DNA of 64,000 bases from Cyanophora paradoxa CCMP329 (Eukaryota > Plantae > Glaucophyta). The translations under genes were made by a program, and so were the position numbers. This document shows, piece by piece, positions 33,001-45,483 of the stretch. The notes under the pieces are model-generated. The model made no database searches. It had not been told where the DNA came from and saw only the letters and a list, made by a program, of their open reading frames with translations. Numbering within the stretch: position 1 is the first letter of the stretch; every line of letters starts with the position of its first letter. Location of the stretch: contig QPMI01000603.1 in assembly GCA_004431415.1 (NCBI GenBank), positions 124,001 to 188,000 of the forward strand. Reading direction: 5' to 3'.

Positions 33001-35295
33001 AATGTAAATGTGGGGGATCTGACGAAGGAGGCTGTCGTTGTCCGGATCGCCCAGGGAGTGACGCAGGGGGAGGACGTCGACGATCTGTACCGCCCGGTAG
33101 GCTTCGCGGCTAGTGAACGTGATGGGCCGCCTCGTCGCCGCGTCGACGGTGGCGTGATTGTAAACGAATTGTTCCAACCAACCGTGGAGTAGCGCCCGCG
33201 CCTGCGGTTCGCGACTGAAGATGGCGGCGCCGAATTCATTGTAGAATGGATCGAATGTGAAGTTGCCATATTCGGCGTGACGGAATTGCTCGTGTATGTC
33301 GGCGTATCGCTGTTCGAAATCCATAATAGCGTTGCGCACTGCGCTCGCGTTGACGTCATAGACACTGGGACGATGCGGGTGTGACGGATCGTTCGTGGGA
33401 TCGAAGTCAGCGCCCCGGACTTGGGCGTTGAGTGCGTTGATGACTCCATCCGGGAGTCGGAATGCTACGGGCCAGCAGTGGTTTCGATCCATGTCGACAT
33501 CTTCGCGAGCCGCCGGGGGTGTCTCGTGCTTGATCTGGACCGCCAACCAGTCGTTGGTTGCCTTGTGCAGTAGGGATTCGAAGGCTGTGATTAAATGTGC
33601 CGGGTCGACGCGTTCGCAGTCAGGGTACTCGACCTCGTACCATTTGTCGAGTTTGGCACTGCGCGCCACTTCGCCTGAAGCCGTGAAGCGGAAGTGCAGC
33701 TCATCCTCGTGGCTACGAACGTAGTCGATGATGATGTTCCCGAGTTCCCCCGGTAGGGCTCGAGGAAGAACGACAAGGCACCGTGCAGCTTGACTGCCGC
33801 CGCCAGGTACGCTGCGATTCCGTACACCCAAGTGTGTACCGAAAGCGGGAACCCAGGACCTGGTGGACGACGGGGGGCGTTGCAGGCGCGGTGCCCGTGG
33901 GCCCGCGACGACGCAGAGACACGACGACGCCCCCAGGGCCAGTGTAGTCATTGACGGACACCGGGAAGTACTTGGGTCGGGGCCGCACGGGTGCGGCCCC
34001 GCCGCCTCGTTTGGGGGTTTCCTCGTGCCCGCGATGATCTGCTGCCAGGTGTTCCGGTTGTTCGCGTCGAAGATAGTGATGTGCGAGCGGTTCTGGATCG
34101 CGTTGGGGCACCGCGGCTGGGTCCGGCCGGTGCAACGTGCGTGAATCGGACGATTCGAGGGCCGCACAGGTCAGCATTGGCCGGCGTAAGAGTCATGGGC
34201 GGCGCGTTGAGGTCGTCGGGCATGGCAATCTCGTAGAAGCATCGTTCGACATCTTGACGTGAAGCGGAGTCACGGAGGTGCGCGTGGTTGTCCTCGTCGT
34301 AGATGCAGTCGAAGTAGTCGGCATACTTGTTGGCCGGGTGGAACTCGTCGGCGGCCGTGATCAGGAACGATCGGAAGGGCAGGCCCGCGCGGTTGTGCTG
34401 GCTGAGTTCGCCATGGCCGGGAGCACCGGCGCGGTACGGGTAGGTGCCGGGGCCGACGCCGTAGCGTAGGACACGACTGAGTGCTCGCGAGAAGTTCGAC
34501 CAGCGTACGTGCATCTTCATGAGGAATGGGCGCATGTACGGGACGCGCCGGAGAAATGCCTCGAGACCAGAGTCGCCGAGTAGCACGTATGGCATGTGGA
34601 CCTCACCTAGGACGTGCATGTACTTCTTTGTCGTGGTGGCGGGATGAACTGGGGGTGGGTCCCGAGTCGGGATTCCCTCCAGCTCTTCGACCGGCGGCGG
34701 CTCCGGGAGCTCCTCCGGTCTGTGCCCGTCCTCCACAGTGAGCTCCTCGGTCAGATCAGCCGTCTGTCCGAACGGGGCGGGGCCTCCGAGGATGTGAGCC
34801 GCGACGGCGAAGATGTGGGGCGCGTGTCGCCCATGTTCCTGGATCGTTTTGCAGTACGCTGTGGCCAGGAAATCCGTGTTCGTGAAGAGAAGCGGTGTCA
34901 TGAAGATGTGATAGGAGGTATCCCGTCCCGGATCAGTATCCAGAGGTAGGAAGTCACCTCCAGCTCGCGTCTCCTCGGGGCTGTATGTGCGCATGCCGTA
35001 CGGGAGTGGGGGGCGAGGATTGTGGAGACGGATTGGGTACCAATCGTTGATCGTTTGGGCGAATAATTCCCCGTTGATGTGATTTTTGCGCCGTCCAAAA
35101 CCCGCGTAGAACGTGTCGCGCTCGTTCTCCGTCGAATCAGGTCGCGGTTCCCGTCGGACCATCACGCCGCTCAGATCCGGCCACACTCCGTGCTGGTAGC
35201 CAGCGCCGTCGACGACCGTGAAGCCCTTCGCCCATTCCTCGTTGAGGAAGGCCCAGAAATAGACGTCAGGAATGTCAGCGTTCTCCGAGAGTAGC
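30024..35295 (-). CDS. Upstream part of the gypsy polyprotein: long unassigned region, aspartic protease, post-protease linker
   Basis: Overlapping minus-strand ORFs 33948-35369, 32587-34167, 30713-32890 and 29970-30977 are linked by frameshifts. Protease motifs ALVDTGAAADVL and MLLGL. Confidence 0.75.
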
Positions 35296-36289
35296 TCGGG
35301 GTTTGCGCAATTAAGCGTAAACCGAGTTTTGCGCCGACGGAATGAATAGAAGAGAAGCCAGAGCGCCAACTGCCTACCTTAGCTAGAAGGACCGAGCGAC
35401 CGGACCGGCCTAAGCGACGGGTCCGGGCCTCGAGCACGGTATAGCAGAATTCGAGTTCTGCACCGACTCCGGGGAGAACTCAGAATTTGATTCGGTCGCG
35501 CCCTGAGGCGAACGAAGGCCGGGGTACGGCCATTCCTTCGGCTGCCCTTCGGCATAACTTCGTCCTTGGTTGCCAGCTTGACCAGGCACCCAGCGGCGAA
35601 GCGAAATCGCCACAGCCAGTTCATACCACCTGCGTTCAGCATGACGCAGCCGAACGCACCCGAATCGGCGATTCCGCCGACCGGCCACGCCAGCCTGCAG
35701 TGGAGCAAGCTAGCTCAGCGCTTCTTCTCCAAATCCCCTGCGGCGGGCGCGATCCAGCGAACCTTGCTCGATCCGTGGCCTGACGGCGTTCAGTCTTCCT
35801 GGATGATGCCCTGGCAGTCCGACGGATCCTCTCAGTCGCTCTTGGACTCTTACAACTGGGGCTTCCTAAAGCCCGGTACGCTCGTTCTCGGCCCGGCCGC
35901 CCGTCGGTTAGAAGATCTTCGACCGGCTATCTCGGGCCGTGCCGCCAACCGCGGCCGTGCACTTAGAACCCTAGCCCGAGCACTATCTCAGAAGAGTCTC
36001 GCTCGTTTAAGTGTCTGAGCCCGACAGCCCTTCCTTTTCTTTGTTTTCCCCTTCTCGATTCCGTCGCGACGCACACTTACGCATCTCGCGCATGGCCTCG
36101 CGACGGCTGGGTCGACGCGGCGATGACGGGCGCGACGAACTCCGCCTCGAAGCCGCCCCGACCACACCCGCGCCGCCATGCCCTGCCTGACATGCCGGCG
36201 GCGCGGCGCAGATGACGGCGGCCACCGAGCGAGAGAGCCAAAAACGGTGGCGCTCCAGGACCTCGGCGGCCGCCATCATCATACCTTGC

Positions 36290-36935
36290 GCGGTGTCCCG
36301 GCAGAGCCCGGCGCGCACACCGGCAGGAAGGCGGAGCGGCTCGCGGCCGGCGCGCCGGCGAGCCCCGCAGAGCGTCGAGGCACGACTGCGTGCTCCGCTT
36401 TCTTCCCCTGTGCGATGTCCCGGCGGAGCCCGGCGCGTACATCGACAGGAAGGCGGCGAGACCCACCGGCGCGCCGGGGTCTCCCGCGGGACGTCGAGGC
36501 ACGGGTCGCGTGCTCCGTCCCACCTCGCGCAGTGCCCCGGCGGAGACCGGCGCGTGCACTGGCGAGAAGGCGGAGAGGCTCGCGGCCGGCGCGCCGGCGA
36601 ACCCCGCAGAGCGTCCAGGCACGCCCACGTGCTCCGCTCCCCTCCTTTTTTCCCTGTGTGATGTCCCGGCGGAGCCCGGCGCGTACATCGACAGGAAGGC
36701 GGCGCGACCCACCGGCGCGCCGGCGGGCCCCGCGGGACGTAGATGCACGGGCCGCGTGCTCCGTCCCACCTCGCGCAGTGCCCCGGCAGAGCCCGGCGCG
36801 CGCACTGGCGAGAAGGCGGAGAAGCTCGCGCCCGGCACGCCGGCGAGCCCCGCGGGACGTTGAGTCACAGTTACGTGCTCCGTCCTCTCCCGCGCGGTGC
36901 CCCGGCGGAGCCCGGCGCGCGCACCGGCGAGGCAG
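36290..36935 (+). repeat. Leader tandem repeats of YR element copy 2
   Basis: Reverse complement of 28385-29030. Confidence 0.85.
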
Positions 36936-37100
36936 CGGCGTTCCCCGTCGGCTCCGACGGCAGACCCCGCGAGAGTCGACGCGCGCCGCACCGCGCTCCT
37001 CTATCTAGCCTCCCCGCCCCTCCCCCGCCACGCCGCAGCCGCAACACACCGGCTGACACGGCCCCGCGCAGATAAGGACGCCGGCAGCGGCAGCAAGGCG

Positions 37101-40100
37101 ATGAGCGTGTCCGCCTCCATGATCATCGACTACTGGCGCCACGCGCCCGAACCGCATCGCCTCCTCTTCTGCGGCGACTGCGCGACGACGGCGGGGATCT
37201 TCCCCCCGTTCCTCTCCAGCGGCACGCTCGACGGCGGTCTCATGGTGGGCCGCCCCCGTCACGCCTGCATGACCCCCCGCTCGCTTATTAACCGACGGCC
37301 TGACAGTCTCGCCCGGCGGACGCGTCAACCATGCTGGTCACTTCTCTCGTCCCGATCATCGCTTTCGCGGTCGACGAGGCTAGTTTCTACGCCGTCGCCC
37401 CGTGTTCTTCCGACCCCACCAGCCCTGGCTACATGTCCGCATGCCCCGCCTCTCGACGTCACGCGTTAACCGCGATCGCCAGCGACTACTCGGAGGTGCG
37501 CGACTCGGTTCCGCGGGAGCTGTTCAACGAGGCGGTACTCCGCTTCGGCGAGTCGGCCGCCGTACTCCTGGCTACCTTCGGCGCCACCTGCCTCGAGGTC
37601 ACGGAGTTCTACGGCTACAAGTACGGCACCATCCCTGTCGGCCTCCCGCGAGGGTTCCCGATTTACTACGACGACATTCCGTGCCGGTACGCCACTCCTC
37701 GCTCACCGTGCCGCGCCCCTCACCCTCCACAGTGACTGGGCGGCCCTCGAACCCTGGGAAAAAGTGACGGCGCTCGGTGCGCTCACTCAGCTCTACGCCT
37801 GGTCCCCGAGTCAGTCCCCAAGTACTCCAAGACGGCGGTAGCCGACGCCCACGGCTGGCTCCGGCCCTTGCTTGTCACCTTCATCGAGAAAAGCAAGGCG
37901 CTCTCCCGCGATCACCGCAAGATCCTGCGCAACGACATCGTCGCCGCCTTCGGCCTGGCCCCCGGTCCGGCCCGCGTCTCTCCAAAACGCGAGTGGCCGG
38001 CATCTCTTCCGGGCGGCCTGACAGTCGGCACCGTCCCCTTCGGAAAAGTCCGCCCGCCGCGCGCTCGCTGCACGCCAGCGCACTCAGCGGTCGCCCGCTT
38101 CGCAGTTCTCGTTCGCCGACTTCTCTCGCGCTTGCGGCTTCCACCCGGCCCACTGGGACGCCTCCGCGGTGCTGCGCGACTGGACCAGCCGGCCCACAAG
38201 GCCGTCAGCCTGTACTTCCCCACATCTTGAAGGCGGCGGAGGCCGCGCGAAAACGCCGCGGCGCCGCGGCCTCGGGCGACGCCGACGCTGCCACCGCCGC
38301 CACCGCCAGCGCACCCCAGCGGACCCCAAGTCGGTCCGCGCACACATTACCCCCTCTCGCCTCGCCCACGCTCGCTGCCGATGCTTCTTTTTTCGCGGGC
38401 AGCGAGCACGGGCTCCGAAGGTGGCACATGGAGCGGCCGCGGCCCCTCGGCACCCCCTCCGGCCCAGAAGCGCGCCGGTGCGCTACCCACCCCCGCTCAT
38501 TTTTTACCGCCGCCCACCCCGCCGCGCAGGGGCAGCCCCGCCCACCGGCCTCGCTCCTCCGCGCCGCCCCGCGCCTGCCAAGCCGGCGGCTGCGGCCGGG
38601 AACACCGACACCGCCGACGCGGACGCGGACGACGACGTCGACCGCCCGCGCGCCTCGCGGTCGACCCGCCCGCCTAAGCGGACCAAGGCGACCGAGGCCT
38701 CGGCCCCGAAGGCCCCCCCGGCGCCCGCAGACTCAGCCGACGAAGGCGGCGAGTCAGACGCCCCGCCTTCACCCGCCGAGGAGGCGGAAGCACAGGCCCC
38801 GCCACCCAAACCCGCCAAGAGCCGCAAGGCCAAGACCGGTCCGTCCACGCGCCCGCTGGCCTCCCCGGCGGCTCACCCCCGCCTAGGCGACCCCCTTGAG
38901 ATTCGCCTGGCCCGACTTTCTGACCCGGCCCACTTCACCGCAGCCGACCGCGACAAGGCCCTGCAGTTCGCCGAGACCCGCGACCTTCCCACGCCGAACC
39001 CGGCCCCCGCGGTCTCCGACCTGCCGCCCGTTCCGCCGGCCAACCCGCAGGCGCTCGCGGCGTCCATGCTGCAAGCCGGCCTCGCCAGCATGGCCGGCGG
39101 CGGCCCGCCTCCCCCGTTCTGGCCCGCGGGAGTTCCGTCCCCGTTCCTGCAGCACCAGCAGCAGCCCCGCTACTCGGCCGCTTCCACGGTCACGCCAGCG
39201 GGCTGGGTCGTCCAGGCGCCCCCGCATTTCGCGGCTCCCTGGCCCTCCTCCGGCACCGCCAACCACGGCGCCGGCATGTTCCCGGGCTTCGGGGCCCGCA
39301 GACCGACTGGTTCGGCCCCGCCGACCCCGGCTTCCGGATGCCGCCCGCCGGCCCGCAGCTCCCGCCCCGGCAGGCCGCTCCCCACACCGCCGCGCCACTC
39401 GCCGCCGGCCCCCGTGGGGTCCCCGCCGCCCGCTTCGGCAGCCGCGGGCCACCCAGGCCGCGCAGAAGCTCGCCCCGCCCGCCGCCGCAGCGCCGACAGA
39501 GCAGCCCCCGACCTCATCCTCCACCCGCGCCCGACCGTTCGTCCCCAGCGACGCGGAGATGGAGGACGAGGCGGAATCCGACGCCCCCGGCGACGAACCC
39601 GCCGGCGAGGACGACTGGGCCGGCGACTGGGACTCGGACGACACCTCGACGCCGCAGGACGCCAGTCCCCACGTCGACGCTCCCTCCGAGTCCGGTACGG
39701 ACTCGTGGCCGCCGCAGCCCAAACCCTCCCTCCGTCACACTGACCCGGGATCGTGCAGAATCCGCTGCCCCAGTGTACAGCGGCAAGGCGACGCGCGGCC
39801 ACGCCAAGGAGAAGGCTCCCCTCGGTCCGCGCTGATTGTTTTCCGCGGTCGGCCACAGCCCGGCCGACATGCCTTTTTGCAGAGGCTCCGGCCCCCAAGA
39901 AGGCGCGCGGCGACGACAAGGCGAAGGGCGCCACCGCCCAGGCCAAGGCGACGGCGGCAGAGAAGGCCGCGCCACCGGCCGAGCCCCCCCTCGTCTACGA
40001 GGGCCTCCCCGAGCTCACGCTGCGCGAGACGGCCTTCGCCAAGCTCAACATTCCCTCCACGGCGGTCGACAACTCCGCCCGCGTCACGGACTTGGCCGCC

Positions 40101-41448
40101 CGTATCAAGGAAATCGAGTCGTGCTTCGACAACGCCGTCTTCCCCGGCGACAGTCAGCAGCGACCCTTCCCCGACGAGCGCATCACCACGGCTCTTGCCA
40201 AGTACGGCATCGCCTGCATGCGCGATCTGGCGCGCTTCTCCCACGGCCTGGTGCTGCGCGACATGGGCAACTCGGAACTCCGCCAGGCCATCGCGGCGTT
40301 CGACCAGGTCGGCGACGTCATCAACCGCCTACCCGGCGGCCCGACCGGCCCCCTCGGCCAACTCCTGACGGACTGGAACGCCCTCACCCGCCCGGTCTAC
40401 AAGAAGCTTCGGGACATCGCCCAGACGTCGGCGGTGCTCCAGGCCTGCCTCGAGGACGACCCGCTCTTCAAGCGTCTCCTCAAGCGGCTGCAAGACAGCG
40501 TGAGCGCGTGGACGGAGCCACGGGAGCTACTGTCGTCCTACGGCCGGACGAGCCGCAAGCGGAGCTCCTTCTTCATGATGCCACCGCTCGCTCGCACGGA
40601 GCTTCCGCAGCCCCGCCCGGACAAGGCCCCCACTCGCCCCACACTCTCCCATGCGGCGCTCTTCTCCCAGGCCTCGCAGGCCGGTCCGTCCGCCCCACCT
40701 GCTCCTCCGCCCGGACCGACCCTCGGTCAGCCCACTCCTACGGCGGCGTCGCGACCTTCTCCTACGACGACGACGGTGACGTCGAGGACCCCGGCTCCGG
40801 CGGGCCAACCCACCGCGGCCAGCAGCGCGGGCGCGCCTGGAAGCAGGCCCGGCGGCAGTACGGGACTGCCCAGCCGGCCCAGCCCCAACCCCACCACCGT
40901 CAGCGGGGCGGAGGCCGCGGCGGCGCCGTCCAGCGGCCCCCCCGGCGCAAGCCGCAGCCGCCGGCCGACGGCTGAGCCGCTTCCACTCCTGGCGCGGGTG
41001 TTTGCGGCGACACCCCCTCCGGCGGCTGCCGCCGACCGCAAGGGGCCCCCCGTGCCAGCCGTTCCCCCGCCACGACCCTTCCAGTAGACTGTGACCAGTC
41101 GCGTCCGCCGCCTGTACCGCTGTCTGTACCCTCGAGTACACCGCGTGTCTTTGTGCGCGACCCATTCGCAAAATTGCGAGCACTCGTAGCTGCACACGGG
41201 GACCCCGGCCCGTACGATTTCGCGGCGGCCGCACAGAAGTTTCGGGCGGGGCAACTCCAGCATTACGCGCATGCCTGGCGGGCTTACTTCCGGCGGGCTG
41301 ACACGACGGTCCCCTCGTGGGTGGGCCTCATCCTGCGCAAAGGCTTGCGCCTCCCACTCCAGCACGCCGACGGCACGCCGGCAGCGTCGTTAGCAGACAT
41401 TCCCCGCACGCGCGCCGAGGGCCCACGCCCCTCGTGCCACCGGACCCC
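37101..41448 (+). pseudogene. Spliced ORF1/gag of copy 2, cut before the RT core
   Basis: ATG 37101. Predicted introns 37245-37306, 37687-37732, 38048-38105, 38334-38402, 38478-38529, 39695-39758 and 39825-39882. Confidence 0.75.
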
Positions 41449-42085
41449 CACTGGTAGCCACGAAGTGTTGTTACCCCGGGGTAACGACTTCGAGTTTACA
41501 CCTTTTGGGCCGATTTTACCCCCTTGTTGTTACCCCCTCTAGGAAAACCTCGCCGTGGAGCGCTGAGAGCGCGTAGATGTGCTATGTTTTGCATATCTAG
41601 ATAGAATCCGTTACGAGCCGATGGCCTGCTTGCGTCCCTGGCGAGATCCCGTGGCGTGCTTCGAGCGCCCCTGAGCGCGGCTCCCGGGCTGCGCGCGGGC
41701 TGCGCAGACACGCCCAAACGTCACAGTAGATCATTACAACACAAAGCATGCGCACATATGCTAGCGACGGTCGCTGCAACGAGCGCAGCCGCAACTAGTG
41801 CCGCCGGCGACGCCGCGCGCCGGGCCGGTTGAAGGCTTCGATCTAGCTGTGCGGTGCACGTAGATGTGCAGGAAACGCGCTGGGGGTCGCCGGCCGGCCG
41901 ATCGCTGACGCCTTGAAAGTCGTACCGTACCCCCCCGGGCGCGCCACGCCGCCACCGGGCGGTCACCCGGCCACCGGGGCCGCCACCCGGCGGCCACCGT
42001 CGCAGCGGCCACCGTCGCAGCGTGGGCGCAACAGCTGACATCGCTCCAAGGCTCGGGTGCGCCGTCGGGGCTCTAGCTGCGCGGG

Positions 42086-43871
42086 CCTAACGTGCTTCAG
42101 ACAGGATCGTAAGACGCTGGAAGGTCTCGTGGATGGTCGGCGTCCTCGCCTGCGCACGATGATGAGGTCCGTCCACTGCACCCGCCCGCTCGGCAGCCAG
42201 CGACCAACCGCGACCTCGTCCGACGCTCGCAGCTCACGCGCAGCATCGCCTATATCAACAGCTTACGCGGGGCGCACTGGGTGGTTCCGCCGCGTTGACT
42301 GGCTTGGTGGCCGCTGCGCCCCTGGTGCTGGTCGCTCCCGGTGCGCATCCTGGCTGAACCCCCGCGCCAGCTGCGCTCTTATGCAAGGCTAACTCTGTTG
42401 CGCACCGCTTGCATGCTGTGCAGGGTGCCCTGCTGCGTTCGGTCGCTGACGGTGGTGGTGGCAAGGACTTGGGATCACGCTCGGACCCTTTGCCCGCGCT
42501 CAGTGGACACGTTGGATTGTGCTCTGATGTGCTTCGATGTAATTCGCATCGGCTTTATTCATCTCCAGTGCCGCGGGGCGTGCTGGGCGCGCAGGGCGCC
42601 TATGCGAGAGTGGTACTGCAGTGGCACCTACCACTGAGACGGGGGCAACGGGAAAACGCGTGGATTGATTGCACATGGCTATCTCGATGACTCACTATCC
42701 AAGGGAGACGCGGAGAGCGACGGAGAGGAGCAACATCTGGCCCAGAAGAAGGGACCCGGTACGGTGGCGTGCTCGGTCAAAAACGCGCGATCCGAAGCGC
42801 CACACAATGCACACGCAATGTCTGCATGCAGATAGCATCAGAGCTGGGCTCAGGAAAGGAGGCAAAAGGTCGCGCCCGCGGGCCGCACCACGGCGACTCC
42901 TGAGGGGCTGTGATTCCAACCGAGAGTGCACGGCCGAGAAGCGGCGCATCGTGTCCTGCGAGTGGCACGCATCACAACTGGCTAAGCGCTGGCTGCTGGT
43001 CGCTGGCTGCCGAGCGGGAGGGTGCAGTGGACGGACCTCATCATCGTGCGCAGGCGAGGACGCCGACCATCCACGAGACCTTCCAGCATCTTACGATCCT
43101 GTATGAAGCACGTTAGGTCACACAAGACAGTCCGCTGAGGACCGACTGCACCTGCGCCCGCCCTGCTACACGCGGCCAGGGCGTCGCGGCCACGCAACCG
43201 CGCGACCAGCCCTGATGCTTGTGTGAGCCCCTTCGCAGCAGGGCAGTGAGACGGTGGCGTGAGGCGCGGCGGAGAGGCAATGCGCGGCGGTACCTTCCAG
43301 CTGACCACAGACAGCCCCGAGCGGCCCGCTCCTTCTTAGCTACGTCACGCCTAAAGCACTAAGATCGCGATGGAGCAGCTCCGCCATGGCAGAATTGCGG
43401 TCGATGCGTGCTGCCCGAAAAAGGGCGCTCCTGGGCGCTTCCGGCGGTCAGATCGCTTCTCACCGATAGCTGCGCACTTCGAGCCAGTCGGAGCGGTGCT
43501 CAGATGCAAGCAGGATGGCCTAAAGTTCAGGATATCTTGTACCCCCAGCCAGTACACCCCCCTCTCTCGGAAACGGCGCGCGGAAACAGGATCGAGTCTG
43601 CAGCTGTTTGACAATTATAATTGCAAGAGCGCGGAGCCAGTGGAACCTTACTTGTCCGCCATCAAGAGGGATGCTAAGGGAATACCAAGGTTGCTCACGT
43701 GCACCAAAATCTGCCCTACACGTACAGTAGCTCAGGCCTGGCTCTCAAGCTTAAGGCTGCATGTGTGCAGGGGTCCCGTGTGCCTAAGTAAGCTTTCTAT
43801 ATGGCCAGATTCATGACTGCAAAGCCCTAGGCAGAGAGCTAGGCATTGTTTCCTTCGGTTCCCAGCCAAGC
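42086..43871. repeat. Truncated inverted arm (42086-42206) + 790-bp spacer (42207-42996) + ~870-bp arm (42997-43871)
   Basis: 42086-42206 is the reverse complement of 42997-43117. The block recurs at ~61880-63672. Confidence 0.9.
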
Positions 43872-43888
43872 ATGACTTTGCTGGAACT

Positions 43889-45450
43889 GAAGGAAACAAT
43901 GCCTAGCTCTCTGCCTAGGGCTTTGCAGTCATGATTCTGGGCATATAAAAAGCTTACTTAGGTACACAGGACCCCTTCGGTCTTGAGAGCCAGGCCTGAG
44001 CTGCTGTAGGGCTGATTTTGGCGTGATCGCGTTAGCTGGTAAGTGGCCTTGCTGGAGCTCCTCCAGCAACGTTTCTGGAATCAGTGCCGCTGCATGCTTA
44101 GTGAACATGCACACAAGCTCAAGGCACTTTTCAAAGACGTAAATGTGGGAACACATATGATACCAGGCCTTGTTTTGCTCCTTTACGTGACACTGAAGGC
44201 ACCACGTCACTCATGCACTGAGTCAAGAATTCTGCCTGACAGAAGCGCTGAGCCACTGGATCCTAACTTGACCCTCATCATGAGGACTAATCAGGGAATG
44301 CAAGAGCTGAACTGCAGCCCCAGCTGAGAAGTACCTGCAAAGATATGGCTCTTTTTCCAGCAAGCTGGGCTGCGAACAGAAGGAAACAATGCCTAGCTCT
44401 CTGCCTAGGGCTTTGCAGTCATGATTCTGGGCATATAAAAAGCTTACTTAGGTACACAGGACCCCTTCGGTCTTGAGAGCCAGGCCTGAGCTGCTGTAGG
44501 GCTGATTTTGGCGTGATCGCGTTAGCTGGTAAGTGGCCTTGCTGGAGCTCCTCCAGCAACGTTTCTGGAATCGGTGCCGCTGCATGCTTAGTGAACATGC
44601 ACACAAGCTCAAGGCACTTTTCAAAGACGTAAATGTGGGAACACATATGATACCAGGCCTTGTTTTGCTCCTTTACGTGACACTGAAGGCACCACGTCAC
44701 TCATGCACCGAGTCAAGAATTCTGCCTGACAGAAGCGCTCAGCGGCTGAGCCACTGGATCCTAACTTGACCTTCATCATGAGGACTAATCAGGGAATGCA
44801 AGAGCTGAACTGCAGCCCCAGCTGAGAAGTACCTGCAAAGATATGGCTCTTTTTCCAGCAAGCTGGGCTGCGAACAGCAGGAAACAATGCCTAGCTCTCT
44901 GCCTAGGGCTTTGCAGTCATGATTCTGGGCATATAAAAAGCTTACTTAGGTACACAGGACCCCTTCGGTCTTGAGAGCCAGGCCTGAGCTGCTGTAGGGC
45001 TGATTTTGGCGTGATCGCGTTAGCTGGTAAGTGGCCTTGCTGGAGCTCCTCCAGCAACGTTTCTGGAATCAGTGCCGCTGCATGCTTAGTGAACATGCAC
45101 ACAAGCTCAAGGCACTTTTCAAAGACGTAAATGTGGGAACACATATGATACCAGGCCTTGTTTTGCTCCTTTACGTGACACTGAAGGCACCACGTCACTC
45201 ATGCACCGAGTCAAGAATTCTGCCTGACAGAAGCGCTGAGCCACTGGATCCTAACTTGACCCTCATCATGAGGACTAATCAGGGAATGCAAGAGCTGAAC
45301 TGCAGCCCCAGCTGAGAAGTACCTGCAAAGATATGGCTCTTTTTCCAGCAAGCTGGGCTGCGAACAGAAGGAAACAATGCCTAGCTCTCTGCCTAGGGCT
45401 TTGCAGTCATGATTCTGGGCATATAAAAAGCTTACTTAGGTACACAGGAC
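43889..45450 (+). repeat. 490/498-bp tandem satellite, left block (3 units plus a partial)
   Basis: Units start at about 43889, 44379, 44877 and 45367 (GAAGGAAACAATGCCTAGC...). Confidence 0.97.
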
Positions 45451-45483
45451 TATATCTGCACTTTTGGAGTATTGCAATACTTG

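Larger units (their letters stand above)
14729..35295 (-). mobile_element. Ty3/gypsy LTR retrotransposon (5' part not in window), interrupted by two YR retrotransposons
   Basis: Domain order is PR (LVDTGA, ~31350), RT, RNaseH, IN. The pol frame rejoins exactly when 19510-30023 is removed (TQRQH|CFTQNINPRE). Confidence 0.93.
35296..41448 (+). mobile_element. Second, 3'-truncated or interrupted copy of the YR retrotransposon
   Basis: Inverted near-identical copy of 30023-~23871. It starts at the A1 terminus TCGGGGTTTGCGC, and identity stops abruptly at CGGACCCC|CACTG. Confidence 0.95.

Noticed and set aside
15160-35295. Frameshifts as programmed recoding
   Set aside because: In the YR element most fall in G/C homopolymers and differ between the two copies, so sequencing error or decay is more likely. 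The gypsy frameshifts show no slippery-site pattern that I could identify.
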